A stretch of 29,435 nucleotides of DNA from a virus (IMGVR_UViG_3300043256_000148:1-29435); one strand, 5' to 3'; numbered from the stretch's first letter, positions 16,245 to 24,858 are shown. Notes: generated by a model from the sequence alone, not told the origin. A program made the numbers and translations.

Positions 16245-17741
16245 TTAGGCAGCAAGGCTCACAACTGGCGAGATTGTGTCCCCATTCACCGGCGTCAATG
16301 CACTCTGAATCCACGGTCTGCCATCGACACGTTCGATGATCCGGAGCTCGAACTCGTCCTGCATGAAGCGGGAGTGCGGGCTGGTGTCCATCGACACTGC
16401 CTGGCGATCACCGAGAAGGTAGTAACCGAAGTCAAGGAAGTTGACGTCCTGTGCCGAACCCAATGCAGCCACCTTCTCGGTGATGATGATGGGACGACCC
16501 AGCAATGACATGAACGGTGTATCGCCGATCTGTTGGATGAGACCAATGGCGGAACCGCCAGTGCCAACATCGATGGTCAGCGACAGCAGTTGCGGTAGCG
16601 TCGTCTGGTTCACCACCCATACCGCCGAGCCGAGCGACTGTGGCAGCATCCGGGCGTACATGTTGAAGATGTCCGCCGAGTTGACCTGCGACCCGGTATC
16701 ACGGGTCACCGCGATATCCGCAGCAGAACCGACAAACCCGAGGGGTTCGCCTACACCTGATCCAGTGAGGAAAGCCTGATCCTCATAGTGGGCCAGACCC
16801 TGCGGGACTGCCATGTTGAGCCACGACCCAAGAGCCGGAGCGTCGCTCAAAAGCTCGTTGGGAATGCGGGCACCACCGGTCAGCTTGTTGGCTTCAAGAC
16901 GGACCCTGCCGAACTTGGCTTCAGTTGACTGGATCGTTCCCGACTCCTCAGTCCAGTAGAAGATCATCCCACCGAACAGCGACCCGGAATGAGTAGTCAC
17001 ATCGACGTAAGGAATGTCCAGAGTCTTTGATGTCAGGGTGATAACCGAGGCACGGCTCCGGACCACCGACTGCTCCAAAGCAAGCTGGAGAATCTCAGAG
17101 CGTAGCGTCTCCGGAATCAGGAACCCGGCCGCTCCGGGATCGTCCGAGGCGTACTGCGCTTGGACCTTGCGAAGCTGGTCGAACATCACAGTCTCGTCGT
17201 CATTGAGCGTCTGAGATGTGATGGTGCCTTTCATCACCAACTGAGCGAGCTGGCCGACGCTGTTGACATCGATGTGATCGCCACGAGCACCGGGAGCCAA
17301 CGGGTTGTACATCGCTGACGCCTTGCCACCGTTGGCAATGGCAGTCGGAACCAGTTTGGCTACATCAGCCTTTGACGGCAGGTCGGTGATACCGTATTCC
17401 TTGAGTTCCTTGGTCAACTCGGCGAACAGTTGCTCTGCAACCTGCTTGGCGATGGCGTCACCCTTATTGGTCATCTTCTGATACGCGTTGAGCACTTCCT
17501 TGGAAAGCTCACCATCGGCAAACGCCTTGACCCGCCACTCATCGTCGGCGAGCGCCTCGGCGAAAGCCTCCGGCGTGTCGGGAATGGTCAGCGTGTCGCC
17601 GTCGCCATCACCGTCTCCATCGTTGAAGGTCATCCCGTGATAGCGGTCACGCAGCGTTGCCACAGCGTTGCTGTACGGCGAGGTGTGAGGCTTGGCCGGA
17701 TCGCCAAGGTAGGGGTACGAGAGGGTTCGTTTCGGTGTCAT
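16245..17741 (-). CDS. Major capsid protein, HK97 fold (498 aa)
   Basis: AAGFLIPETL, WTEESG, ELLSDA, AFLTGSGVGEPLG, LLGRPIIITE and RIIERVDG motifs. AAGGAG RBS and ATGA overlap at 17738-17741. Confidence 0.92.
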   Translation of the reverse strand: MTPKRTLSYPYLGDPAKPHTSPYSNAVATLRDRYHGMTFNDGDGDGDGDTLTIPDTPEAFAEALADDEWRVKAFADGELSKEVLNAYQKMTNKGDAIAKQVAEQLFAELTKELKEYGITDLPSKADVAKLVPTAIANGGKASAMYNPLAPGARGDHIDVNSVGQLAQLVMKGTITSQTLNDDETVMFDQLRKVQAQYASDDPGAAGFLIPETLRSEILQLALEQSVVRSRASVITLTSKTLDIPYVDVTTHSGSLFGGMIFYWTEESGTIQSTEAKFGRVRLEANKLTGGARIPNELLSDAPALGSWLNMAVPQGLAHYEDQAFLTGSGVGEPLGFVGSAADIAVTRDTGSQVNSADIFNMYARMLPQSLGSAVWVVNQTTLPQLLSLTIDVGTGGSAIGLIQQIGDTPFMSLLGRPIIITEKVAALGSAQDVNFLDFGYYLLGDRQAVSMDTSPHSRFMQDEFELRIIERVDGRPWIQSALTPVNGDTISPVVSLAA

Positions 17742-18472
17742 ACAGACTCCTTGATAGGGGACGACCACTCGAAATCATCGGGGTCGGTGTTGAACAGGTC
17801 AGCGAAATCAGTAGGTGCGGCGGTGACAGGCTCGGGTGCCTTGGCATCAGTCTTGGTCTTAGGTGTGACCACCTCGTCGGCGAGACCCTCCGAAACCGTC
17901 TCCTTAGCGGAAAACCAGGTGCCCATATTGGAGGCACCGGCACGCATCAGGGTGAGGAAGTGAGCCTTGGATCGTCCGTCGCCTTTGCGCTTGGCGTAGA
18001 TCTCGGCGATCTTGGTGGTCTGGTTATCGAGGATCTCAGCGAGTTCCCGCATATCAGCAGCAGTGGCACCAACAGCAATACCGGTAGCATCGTGGATCAT
18101 CATCTCCGTAGAGTCCAACATGATTCGATGGTCGCCGGCCTGAACGATCACCGACGCAATCGAGGCAGCAATGGAATCCACTTGAGTAATGATCTCAGCG
18201 GGGTGGGCTCGAAGGGCGTTGAATATGGCGATACCCTCGAACACCGAACCGCCTAGTGAATTGATCCGAACATTGATCTTTTCGGCGGTGATGTCTTTCA
18301 GTTCGTTTACCAGCTCGTCGGCGCTGGCTCCATACCAGGCGATGTCATCGTAGATGTAGACAGTCGCCTCATCATCGGCTTTGTCTTTGATCTCATACCA
18401 GTTGTCACGGGTGACGATGCCCGCCTTGTTAACAAGCTGAGAGAAGGCTTCCCTATCCCGCAGGAATTCCAT
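17738..18472 (-). CDS. Clp-type (S14/S49) prohead protease (244 aa)
   Basis: VRINSLGGSVFEGIAIFNAL, AASIASVI, MMIHD and TWFSAKE motifs. Start at 18472 lies 7 nt after TAAGGT; the longer ORF overlaps the portal. Confidence 0.92.
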   Translation of the reverse strand: MEFLRDREAFSQLVNKAGIVTRDNWYEIKDKADDEATVYIYDDIAWYGASADELVNELKDITAEKINVRINSLGGSVFEGIAIFNALRAHPAEIITQVDSIAASIASVIVQAGDHRIMLDSTEMMIHDATGIAVGATAADMRELAEILDNQTTKIAEIYAKRKGDGRSKAHFLTLMRAGASNMGTWFSAKETVSEGLADEVVTPKTKTDAKAPEPVTAAPTDFADLFNTDPDDFEWSSPIKESV

Positions 18473-18479
18473 AGAAAGT

Positions 18480-18498
18480 ACCTTACAGGATTTGGCAG
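18480..18498 (-). promoter_or_regulatory. Putative late-promoter motif, copy 2 (CTGCCAAATCCTGTAAGGT), leaderless
   Basis: TAAGGT lies 7 nt before the ATG, and there is no SD in the 7-nt spacer. Confidence 0.6.
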
Positions 18499-18522
18499 GT
18501 ACCTTCAACCTCTTGTAGAGGG

Positions 18523-19785
18523 TTAGGCTTGGCCTCCGTCGGAATCCCCGTCGTCCCCTTCTGGTTCTCTTTCGGGAGCGTCGGGCCGACCGACCCAAGG
18601 AATAGGCGGGAATCCGAATGATTCCAACACGCCGGCAGGGTCAAATCCTTCCCTCACGAATGAAGCGGCAGACAATGACCTAGCTCTCAAGGATTGACGT
18701 TCCTCTTCGGCATCGCCAGGAACGGGCGAATCATAATCGAACTCGTAGCCTTCACCCAAGCCCCCGAATTTAGGCAGCAGCTTGGTGTTGAGTAGCTTCT
18801 TCCACCGTTCCAGACGGGGTACCATGATCCGTTCGGCAAATACCGCCCGCTGGGCAAAGGCATTGGCTCGGTTGACATCTTCGACGTGGCCGAGCATTGC
18901 TTTGGAGATCCGCCATGCCTCCATCATCGCCTCACGGCTGAAGTTGCGCAGGTCAACGAACTCCATGTCACGCTGTGACATCTTGCGCTCACTGAACTTG
19001 CCCATCTCCATGACCGCGATCCGGTGAGCGTTAGACACTCCCTGATGCTGCGACCGCCATCGAGCCGTCCATGCTTCCCACTCCTGATCTGAGAGCAAGG
19101 TCTCCCGATCCAGTTCGAGAACACCACCAGGAACCGCTCCGTTGATGAAGAAGTTGAAGTTGTAGGCAGCGGCGGCTCGCTCGCCTTCGATGTCCATCAT
19201 CAGCGACGCAATCGGGGAGAGTCCACGCCACGGATCGAGCGGGTTCTGTCGCTTCTCGAAAATCACCTGATTGAGTTCAAGGGGGATCTTCTCACCGCCG
19301 ATGGAGTAGACATAACCGGAAAGGAATGACTCACGAGACTTCACCGGAGCCATCCGGTCGGGTCGCACCGGCCACATATCGGTAACACCAGACAGTCGGC
19401 CCATCGTCTTGGTTTCGAGGACGGTCCACATCTCGCCGGTCAGCTCGTAATGCTGTTGCTCGGCCTCGATGAACTCATCTTGTGAGTAGATGGTTTGACC
19501 ATCCACGGTGGCCGGGTTCTCCCACACCACTAGGGCAGGATGATCGAAGACTTCGACACGTTCCGCCTCGGGTCTGCCCGGTTGGCGGTAAAGATGCCAG
19601 TCAACCCCAGCGACGGAGGTGGCGATCAGATCAGAAATGGAGAACAGAGTCGCTACCCGCTCCATCTGTGAAAGCTGGTCTGTTTTACTGGCGGTGACAC
19701 CACCTGATGCCAGATCAAAGGAGCGACCGCGGGCGGTGTGAGGAACAGGGGAACGGTTGGCGAGGGTCTGCAATGGGCCGGCCAT
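18523..19785 (-). CDS. Portal protein, HK97 family (420 aa)
   Basis: MWPVRPDRM, NPLDPWRGLSPI, FFINGAVPGGVL and RDMEFVDLR motifs. Confidence 0.92.
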   Translation of the reverse strand: MAGPLQTLANRSPVPHTARGRSFDLASGGVTASKTDQLSQMERVATLFSISDLIATSVAGVDWHLYRQPGRPEAERVEVFDHPALVVWENPATVDGQTIYSQDEFIEAEQQHYELTGEMWTVLETKTMGRLSGVTDMWPVRPDRMAPVKSRESFLSGYVYSIGGEKIPLELNQVIFEKRQNPLDPWRGLSPIASLMMDIEGERAAAAYNFNFFINGAVPGGVLELDRETLLSDQEWEAWTARWRSQHQGVSNAHRIAVMEMGKFSERKMSQRDMEFVDLRNFSREAMMEAWRISKAMLGHVEDVNRANAFAQRAVFAERIMVPRLERWKKLLNTKLLPKFGGLGEGYEFDYDSPVPGDAEEERQSLRARSLSAASFVREGFDPAGVLESFGFPPIPWVGRPDAPEREPEGDDGDSDGGQA

Positions 19786-19792
19786 GCCCTCT

Positions 19793-19811
19793 ACCTTACA
19801 AGATTTACCAG
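19793..19811 (-). promoter_or_regulatory. Putative late-promoter motif, copy 1 (CTGGTAAATCTTGTAAGGT)
   Basis: Fills the intergenic gap. TAAGGT lies 7 nt before the portal ATG. Confidence 0.6.
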
Positions 19812-19813
19812 TC

Positions 19814-20077
19814 TCATGTACGTCTACCCAACGCTACCAGCCAAGCAGCACCCAACCCGGCGCCACCAGCAACATAAGCCCCGGCTATCGGATGGATGAT
19901 CCAAGTGGCCGTAATCACCACCACCACGCCGACCGTGGCCAACACTTCCGGCAGGTTTGCGAAAAGAAACCGACCTAATGGACGGCGCCATGCGGTGACA
20001 CGACGGACACCACGACGAGTGACGACCAGGATCTCGGGTGTGGCCTGGCGGATCTGAGACCAGGGGGATTTAGACAT
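19814..20077 (-). CDS. Small two-TM membrane protein upstream of portal (87 aa)
   Basis: Hydrophobic VLATVGVVVVITATWIIHPIAGAYVAGG. This position is typical of HK97-like phages. Confidence 0.7.
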   Translation of the reverse strand: MSKSPWSQIRQATPEILVVTRRGVRRVTAWRRPLGRFLFANLPEVLATVGVVVVITATWIIHPIAGAYVAGGAGLGAAWLVALGRRT

Positions 20078-21530
20078 GGACTTCGAGGAACAGTGGACCG
20101 ACACGGTCTCGGGCTAGTTCGGCGGATCGTTCGTCGATGTCGATGCCGATGGCATCTCTGCCGTGGCCGTGGGCTACTGCGAGAGTCGTCCCGGTCCCCG
20201 CAAATGGATCAAGCACGAGGCCGGGGCGGTAGTTGTCGTGACCACAGTCCGACCAGACGTCAGGCGCGTGGCGGTCTTTGCGTGCTGGTAGTCGGTTGTA
20301 GATCCGTCCGGTGGCGTCTTGGGTGGTGCCGCTTGGGTGGTCGTTGATGTGTTCGTATTCGATCAGTGACCGGTTTTCATATATGAGAGGGTCGAAAGTC
20401 TCAGATACTCCGATGGCGTCCTTCAGTATTTCCCAGTCTTGGGGGGTTGGGATGTTCTTCCCTCGTTCCCAATTGCTGAGCTGGGCTGTGATGCTGTCGC
20501 CGTTCTTGTAATGAGGTAATAGGGGGATGAAGTCGGCGCGTGTCATGCCAGCCTTCTCCCGTTGCGCTTCGATGTGTTCCGCTAACCCGTCGAAGTTTTG
20601 AGCGTTGGATACGATGCGTCGTCGTGGTTCCCCACACTCCCGGCACACCTCTTTGGGGCACATCGCTTTTATCGGTTTGACACACAGTTCGGACGGCCAG
20701 ACCGCGTAGTGGGCGCCTGCGTATCCTTTGGGGCTGATTTTCCACCAGTCGAGCGGCGGCGCACCGGCAGGATTCATCAGGCCGTTACTTGGTAGTTCAT
20801 CCCATCCGTGACTTGGGTTATGGCTCACACGAGGGGCTTGGAGGTGTGCCTCTTTCTTGGGTGGTTCTCTAACTGCGTCCAGATCGAACCACCGGTCCTT
20901 CGACGTGGCAGCCACCACCAGTTCGGAGGTAGCAGGACGGAACTTGTCGCCGAGAGCTCCGACCGGCGGGTTGGGTCGCACCCACCGGATGACGTTGCGT
21001 ATCCGCCATTGCCCCGCGGGGGAGGGTTGGCCGGTGTGGGGGTTGATGCCGTAGGCGAGAGCGAAACGATAGGCTTCGGGGATGAGGGTGAGGGATTTAG
21101 CCAGAGGCCAACCAGGACCGCCGCCTTGAACCTTGTTGTTCCGATTCTGTATTGGTGGGCCAATGGCAGAGTCGTGCACGCGTTGGTGTTTCATAGAGCC
21201 ATCAAAAGGTTCTTGACTCTCACGCCAACCGCCAGCCGTGTAGTCGCTTCCCGCCCCTCCACTACCAGCAAACGTGTCACCTAACTCGACAACTAGCGAC
21301 CCATGCGGTGCCAAAAGTCGTCGCCATTCGGCGGTCAACCTCAACATCACGTCGATGTATTCGGCGGGGGTGGCTTCCGACCCGATCTCCTTGTCCTTGT
21401 CGGGGTGGTCGCTGGGCAGATAAGAACGGAGGGCGAGGAAGGGGGGACTGGTCAAGACGAGATCAACCGATTCATCATCGAGTTCGGCCATACGGGTGAA
21501 CACGTCGCCGATGAGGTATTGGACGGTCAT
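20070..21530 (-). CDS. Beta-class N4-C/N6-A DNA methyltransferase with inserted Zn-knuckle and XRE-like HTH (486 aa)
   Basis: Motif IV VDLVLTSPPF is N-terminal and motif I VLDPFAGTGTT is C-terminal. HYAVWP and GIDID present. Start at the ATGA overlap 21527-21530. Confidence 0.88.
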   Translation of the reverse strand: MTVQYLIGDVFTRMAELDDESVDLVLTSPPFLALRSYLPSDHPDKDKEIGSEATPAEYIDVMLRLTAEWRRLLAPHGSLVVELGDTFAGSGGAGSDYTAGGWRESQEPFDGSMKHQRVHDSAIGPPIQNRNNKVQGGGPGWPLAKSLTLIPEAYRFALAYGINPHTGQPSPAGQWRIRNVIRWVRPNPPVGALGDKFRPATSELVVAATSKDRWFDLDAVREPPKKEAHLQAPRVSHNPSHGWDELPSNGLMNPAGAPPLDWWKISPKGYAGAHYAVWPSELCVKPIKAMCPKEVCRECGEPRRRIVSNAQNFDGLAEHIEAQREKAGMTRADFIPLLPHYKNGDSITAQLSNWERGKNIPTPQDWEILKDAIGVSETFDPLIYENRSLIEYEHINDHPSGTTQDATGRIYNRLPARKDRHAPDVWSDCGHDNYRPGLVLDPFAGTGTTLAVAHGHGRDAIGIDIDERSAELARDRVGPLFLEVHV

Positions 21531-21667
21531 CGGTTCAACCATCGGCGCAGCCACCGAGGCCACTTGTATTTAGCCAGGAGGGCGGGATGAGGTACGCCCC
21601 CCGCTTCCTCAATGCAGTCACCGTCACAATAGAATCTGAGACTGGTGGAAGAGATTTTCAAACTCAC
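21527..21667 (-). CDS. Small hypothetical protein (46 aa)
   Basis: GTGA overlap with the terL stop and ATGA overlap with the MTase. Confidence 0.5.
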   Translation of the reverse strand: MSLKISSTSLRFYCDGDCIEEAGGVPHPALLAKYKWPRWLRRWLNR

Positions 21668-23007
21668 ATGTACCTCACTGACGGCAACTTCTGGCCCAAC
21701 GGGTCCAAATGCGCCACAATATAACGGGCACAATCCAAGCCGTGGTCATCCTTCTTGATCGGCTCCTCCTTGGGTGGTTTGCCTGGCCGCTGATCCCAAA
21801 CGTAGGCCCCGATCTCCTCGACAAAGCTTGTCGGCTTGGTGGCTTCGACCAATAGCGGGTCACGTTCGATCAGAGCATCACGCATCACAAATAGCCGTGG
21901 TTTGCCGTCACCGGCTACCTTGAGACGGGCCTTGACCGCCTGAATGCCGTCAGCGACCGCCTTCTTGGCCGTCACGGTGCCGATACCAAGCGCGTGAACC
22001 AGTTGCGCCCTACCTTCGGCGTCGTGGTCACAGATGATGGCTCGTGGCTTAGGTTCGATCCATTCTGTGTTGTCGTAGGTTGCGGTGACGGCCGCCGAAA
22101 TAGCGGTGACGTGTTCGGAGACCAGCCATTGCGTCCGATACCACTCCCGATAGAGGTACAAACGTCCGTCGGGGTCTTCGGCCCACCATTGACAGACAAA
22201 AGGGTTGGTGAATCCGAAGTCGATTGACCAGTACCTTGGCCAGTCGTCGGGAACCTCGAATGGGTCGATCAGATGGACCGCCGAATCCCACTCCTCGTAG
22301 ACCACACCTTCCGCTGATGACCACTCGCCAAGTCTCAGACGCCGATAACGGACTCCGGTAAGGGCATCCAATTTGGCGATGTAGGCCGCTCCTTTCTCAG
22401 TCAGTTCACCGTCATCGTCGTAGAGGAGAGGATTGTCTTCATGACGTGAATGGAGGATGGCGGTATTGTCGGCGTCACATCGTTTCTTCAGCCAATGGGT
22501 ATCTTCTGCGGGGTTGGTGTCACCGATGATCTGCTGGAAGGAGACCACATCATTACGCAACCGGGTGGTGAGTGATTCCCAATCGTCCAGGGTGAGTTCG
22601 ATGGCCTCTTGGACGAATATCACATCGTAATCGGTACTCATGATCTTCGAGGCTTTATCCATGCCACCGAGGACGATGGCTGAGCCGTTGGCGTAGCGGT
22701 ACTGTGCCGGTTCCTCCCGGCTGCCGCCGTAGTATTCGACCGCTCCGACCTCGATCAGTTCGGGGATGACATAACGTTTCCAAGTGACCAGACCCGACGA
22801 GGTGAACGAAACCCCCGTTTTGCGGAGCATCAACCCTCGCATACCGGGGTTCTCCAAGGCCATTACGTTGATCTTCTCAAGGACCGCCCTACTTTTGCCG
22901 GTGCCGGCGGGGCCACTGACCAGTATCTCGGGATCGTGGCGGGCGAATAGCTCTAGGGCCGCTCCGCGGGGCTTGTAGAAGTGTTGCGGCGGTGCCTCGA
23001 CAGTCAT
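21664..23007 (-). CDS. terL: Terminase large subunit (PBSX/SPP1-like, 447 aa)
   Basis: Walker A GPAGTGKS, Walker B VIFVQE, coupling motif DTNP, and nuclease motifs SIDFGFTNP and DDHGLDCARY. Confidence 0.92.
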   Translation of the reverse strand: MTVEAPPQHFYKPRGAALELFARHDPEILVSGPAGTGKSRAVLEKINVMALENPGMRGLMLRKTGVSFTSSGLVTWKRYVIPELIEVGAVEYYGGSREEPAQYRYANGSAIVLGGMDKASKIMSTDYDVIFVQEAIELTLDDWESLTTRLRNDVVSFQQIIGDTNPAEDTHWLKKRCDADNTAILHSRHEDNPLLYDDDGELTEKGAAYIAKLDALTGVRYRRLRLGEWSSAEGVVYEEWDSAVHLIDPFEVPDDWPRYWSIDFGFTNPFVCQWWAEDPDGRLYLYREWYRTQWLVSEHVTAISAAVTATYDNTEWIEPKPRAIICDHDAEGRAQLVHALGIGTVTAKKAVADGIQAVKARLKVAGDGKPRLFVMRDALIERDPLLVEATKPTSFVEEIGAYVWDQRPGKPPKEEPIKKDDHGLDCARYIVAHLDPLGQKLPSVRYM

Positions 23008-23351
23008 GCCAGCACATCCTCGATCTCGGCTATATCCGAAGGACGCCACACGTACACCTGGTGACTGTCGTATTCTGACTGCAACGCTGGATTGCCGATC
23101 CACGGTTCATCGTACAATACACTTAGCCACTCCTTCTGTGCCTTGGTCAATCTCCCCTTCTCGGATTTGACCTCAACGAACAGCACTCGGCCATCCCGAG
23201 CGAGTACCAAATCTGGAAAACCGGCAGCAGAATGGCGAGAGTTATAGGTGTGGTACACCAGCCATCCGAGAGCCCTGGCCCGGTCGATAATCCGCTGCTG
23301 CAATTCCTTCTCGCTGAGTTGGAGTATCAGATCTGCCGCCTTCATGCTCAT
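23004..23351 (-). CDS. VRR-NUC (PD-(D/E)XK) nuclease
   Basis: SEKELQ...AGFPDLVL...LFVEVKSEKGRLTKAQKEWL...VWRPSD. Confidence 0.9.
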   Translation of the reverse strand: MSMKAADLILQLSEKELQQRIIDRARALGWLVYHTYNSRHSAAGFPDLVLARDGRVLFVEVKSEKGRLTKAQKEWLSVLYDEPWIGNPALQSEYDSHQVYVWRPSDIAEIEDVLA

Positions 23352-23593
23352 TGGTGTAGGTATAACCGGATGCGATTGCCATAGGTTCTATTAGACATCA
23401 ACTGCAATAAGGGTGCTGAATCACCCCGTACCGCTTGCAGTAAAACATGGTGAATGTGCTGTGGCTGATGACGGTGTTTCCATCGCCAGTAACGGACTAG
23501 CCGCCATTGCGACGGCATCATCATCCAGGAAATAGTTTTAGCCTTGACCAGCCACCATTCCTCGACGTCGTTCATAGTCATATATAAGCTCAT
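23348..23593 (-). CDS. Hypothetical protein (81 aa)
   Basis: GGAGG RBS and ATGA overlaps at both ends. Confidence 0.55.
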   Translation of the reverse strand: MSLYMTMNDVEEWWLVKAKTISWMMMPSQWRLVRYWRWKHRHQPQHIHHVLLQAVRGDSAPLLQLMSNRTYGNRIRLYLHQ

Positions 23594-23796
23594 CGCAAAT
23601 CCTCCACAGTCTTAGGCCAAATCACGAACCCAAGCGGATTGACTTCACAAGTGACCTTATCAAACACCGGTTGTCCCGGTGCTCCGTCGATGATCTGAGT
23701 CAGATCCGTGACAATAGGGAAGTCCAAGGTCCGAGTCTCATCGGGTATCTCAATGATTTTGCCGTCCATAGGACCTCCAAGGATCTCGACCTTCAT
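23590..23796 (-). CDS. Hypothetical protein with GGPxDG motif (68 aa)
   Basis: MKVEILGGPMDGKIIEI. RBS and overlaps. Confidence 0.75.
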   Translation of the reverse strand: MKVEILGGPMDGKIIEIPDETRTLDFPIVTDLTQIIDGAPGQPVFDKVTCEVNPLGFVIWPKTVEDLR

Positions 23797-23987
23797 CGCA
23801 AGTCCTCCACGTCTACTCGATCATAAAGCCTCTTGTACCGCCAGACCGTAAAAGCCAGAGCGAGCACCGCCGAAACCCAGAGTAGGTTCATGAGGCTTGT
23901 GACGAACCACCCGACTCCGTAGCCGACGAGCACCATCTCTACGCCCCAGCGTGTGCCCATCAATGAGAAGAGGGCCTGATGCTTCAT
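23793..23987 (-). CDS. Small two-TM membrane protein (64 aa)
   Basis: Two hydrophobic segments. RBS and overlaps. Confidence 0.7.
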   Translation of the reverse strand: MKHQALFSLMGTRWGVEMVLVGYGVGWFVTSLMNLLWVSAVLALAFTVWRYKRLYDRVDVEDLR

Positions 23988-24292
23988 TTCAAGTCCTCCA
24001 CGTCAACCCCTACGATTTTGACCTCGATCGACCCTGACACGTCCATGTGGTCGTCAAGCATCCCCGAATCCTTCGCCAGCATCTCAAGCGCCTTGTTCGC
24101 CGCTGAGGGTGAACCGAAACGGAGCACCACAGGCTCACCGTCTAGGGAGTGCAGGGTCTCGTAACGGGGCCAATTGACCACGACGGACTGCATCAGCATG
24201 GAACGGATGAGCTGAGGGGGCACCTTGACGTCAGCGGATTCGACCTCACGGGCGGTATCAAGCCAGGTGGCTAGTTCTGTGGATGTGCTCAT
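23984..24292 (-). CDS. Candidate terminase small subunit (102 aa)
   Basis: AANKALEMLAKDSGML resembles the KALELLGKHLGMF TerS C-terminal motif and is followed by a beta tail (DVSGSIEVKIVGV). Confidence 0.55.
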   Translation of the reverse strand: MSTSTELATWLDTAREVESADVKVPPQLIRSMLMQSVVVNWPRYETLHSLDGEPVVLRFGSPSAANKALEMLAKDSGMLDDHMDVSGSIEVKIVGVDVEDLK

Positions 24293-24597
24293 TCCGTGCC
24301 AAATGTCAAAGTCATAGCGGCCTTATGACCTACGAGAGCTTCGGCCTCTGTGGAATAGCGCCACTGCCCCTCGTCGTGTTCCCCGCCAAAGATCATGGTT
24401 TCGAAGATGAGCGGTGGACCATCACCATACTGGTGGTTTAGTCCGAGAAACACGGTTGACACTCGGATGTCATCTCGTTCTTCAAGGGCTACTCGGTATT
24501 CCTTATCCCAGTCATAGCCAGAGTCCTTCCATCTTTCGAGCCTTTGCTCAAAGGTGATCGGATTACCTTGTCGGTCGTAATAGAAGTCGTCCATCAC
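24289..24597 (-). CDS. Conserved phage hypothetical protein (VSTVFLGLNH...PPLIFETMIFGG family)
   Basis: Recognisable widespread phage motif, including RYSTEAEALVGH. Confidence 0.8.
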   Translation of the reverse strand: MMDDFYYDRQGNPITFEQRLERWKDSGYDWDKEYRVALEERDDIRVSTVFLGLNHQYGDGPPLIFETMIFGGEHDEGQWRYSTEAEALVGHKAAMTLTFGTE

Positions 24598-24818
24598 CCC
24601 ACTAACTCCCTTCGCCAGCGGTACAACGTGGACACCGTGACCTCTACCTCGGTCTGAGCGTCCAACGCTGCCGCCAACTGCTCAGGCGAGAAGTCACCAC
24701 CCATCGCCATCAGCGCTTCATCGATGTTGGTGAGGCGGTGATCCTTGTGTGAACCGACCGTCAGGGGCTCCAATGCGAGGAGTCTGTTTACTAGGGGTCT
24801 TTGACTTCGTGTAGGCAT
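24594..24818 (-). CDS. Small HTH DNA-binding protein (74 aa)
   Basis: SPEQLAAAL...VTVSTLYRWRR HTH signature. First gene of the leftward block; the longer ORF start overlaps the divergent gene. Confidence 0.7.
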   Translation of the reverse strand: MPTRSQRPLVNRLLALEPLTVGSHKDHRLTNIDEALMAMGGDFSPEQLAAALDAQTEVEVTVSTLYRWRRELVG

Positions 24819-24858
24819 GATGTATGATACTATACACATCATGGCCGATAATCCAAGT
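24801..24858. promoter_or_regulatory. Overlapping divergent promoters with palindromic operator-like core
   Basis: CATGATGT-N12-ACATCATG spans both start codons. Plus strand has TTGACT-16-TATGAT and TGnTACTAT-7-ATG. Minus strand has TTGGAT-16-TATAGT. Confidence 0.65.

Noticed and set aside
20250-20670. Intein in the methyltransferase
   Set aside because: No C-terminal HN/C-S-T splice junction or LAGLIDADG motif. The insert looks like a Zn knuckle plus HTH.
20070-23351. MTase plus VRR-NUC as a restriction-modification pair
   Set aside because: Stand-alone phage VRR-NUC proteins are typically junction-resolving nucleases, and terL separates the two genes.
23590-24007. CRISPR-like array
   Set aside because: Repeats are degenerate, ~200 bp apart, and separated by protein-coding genes. 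No cas genes.
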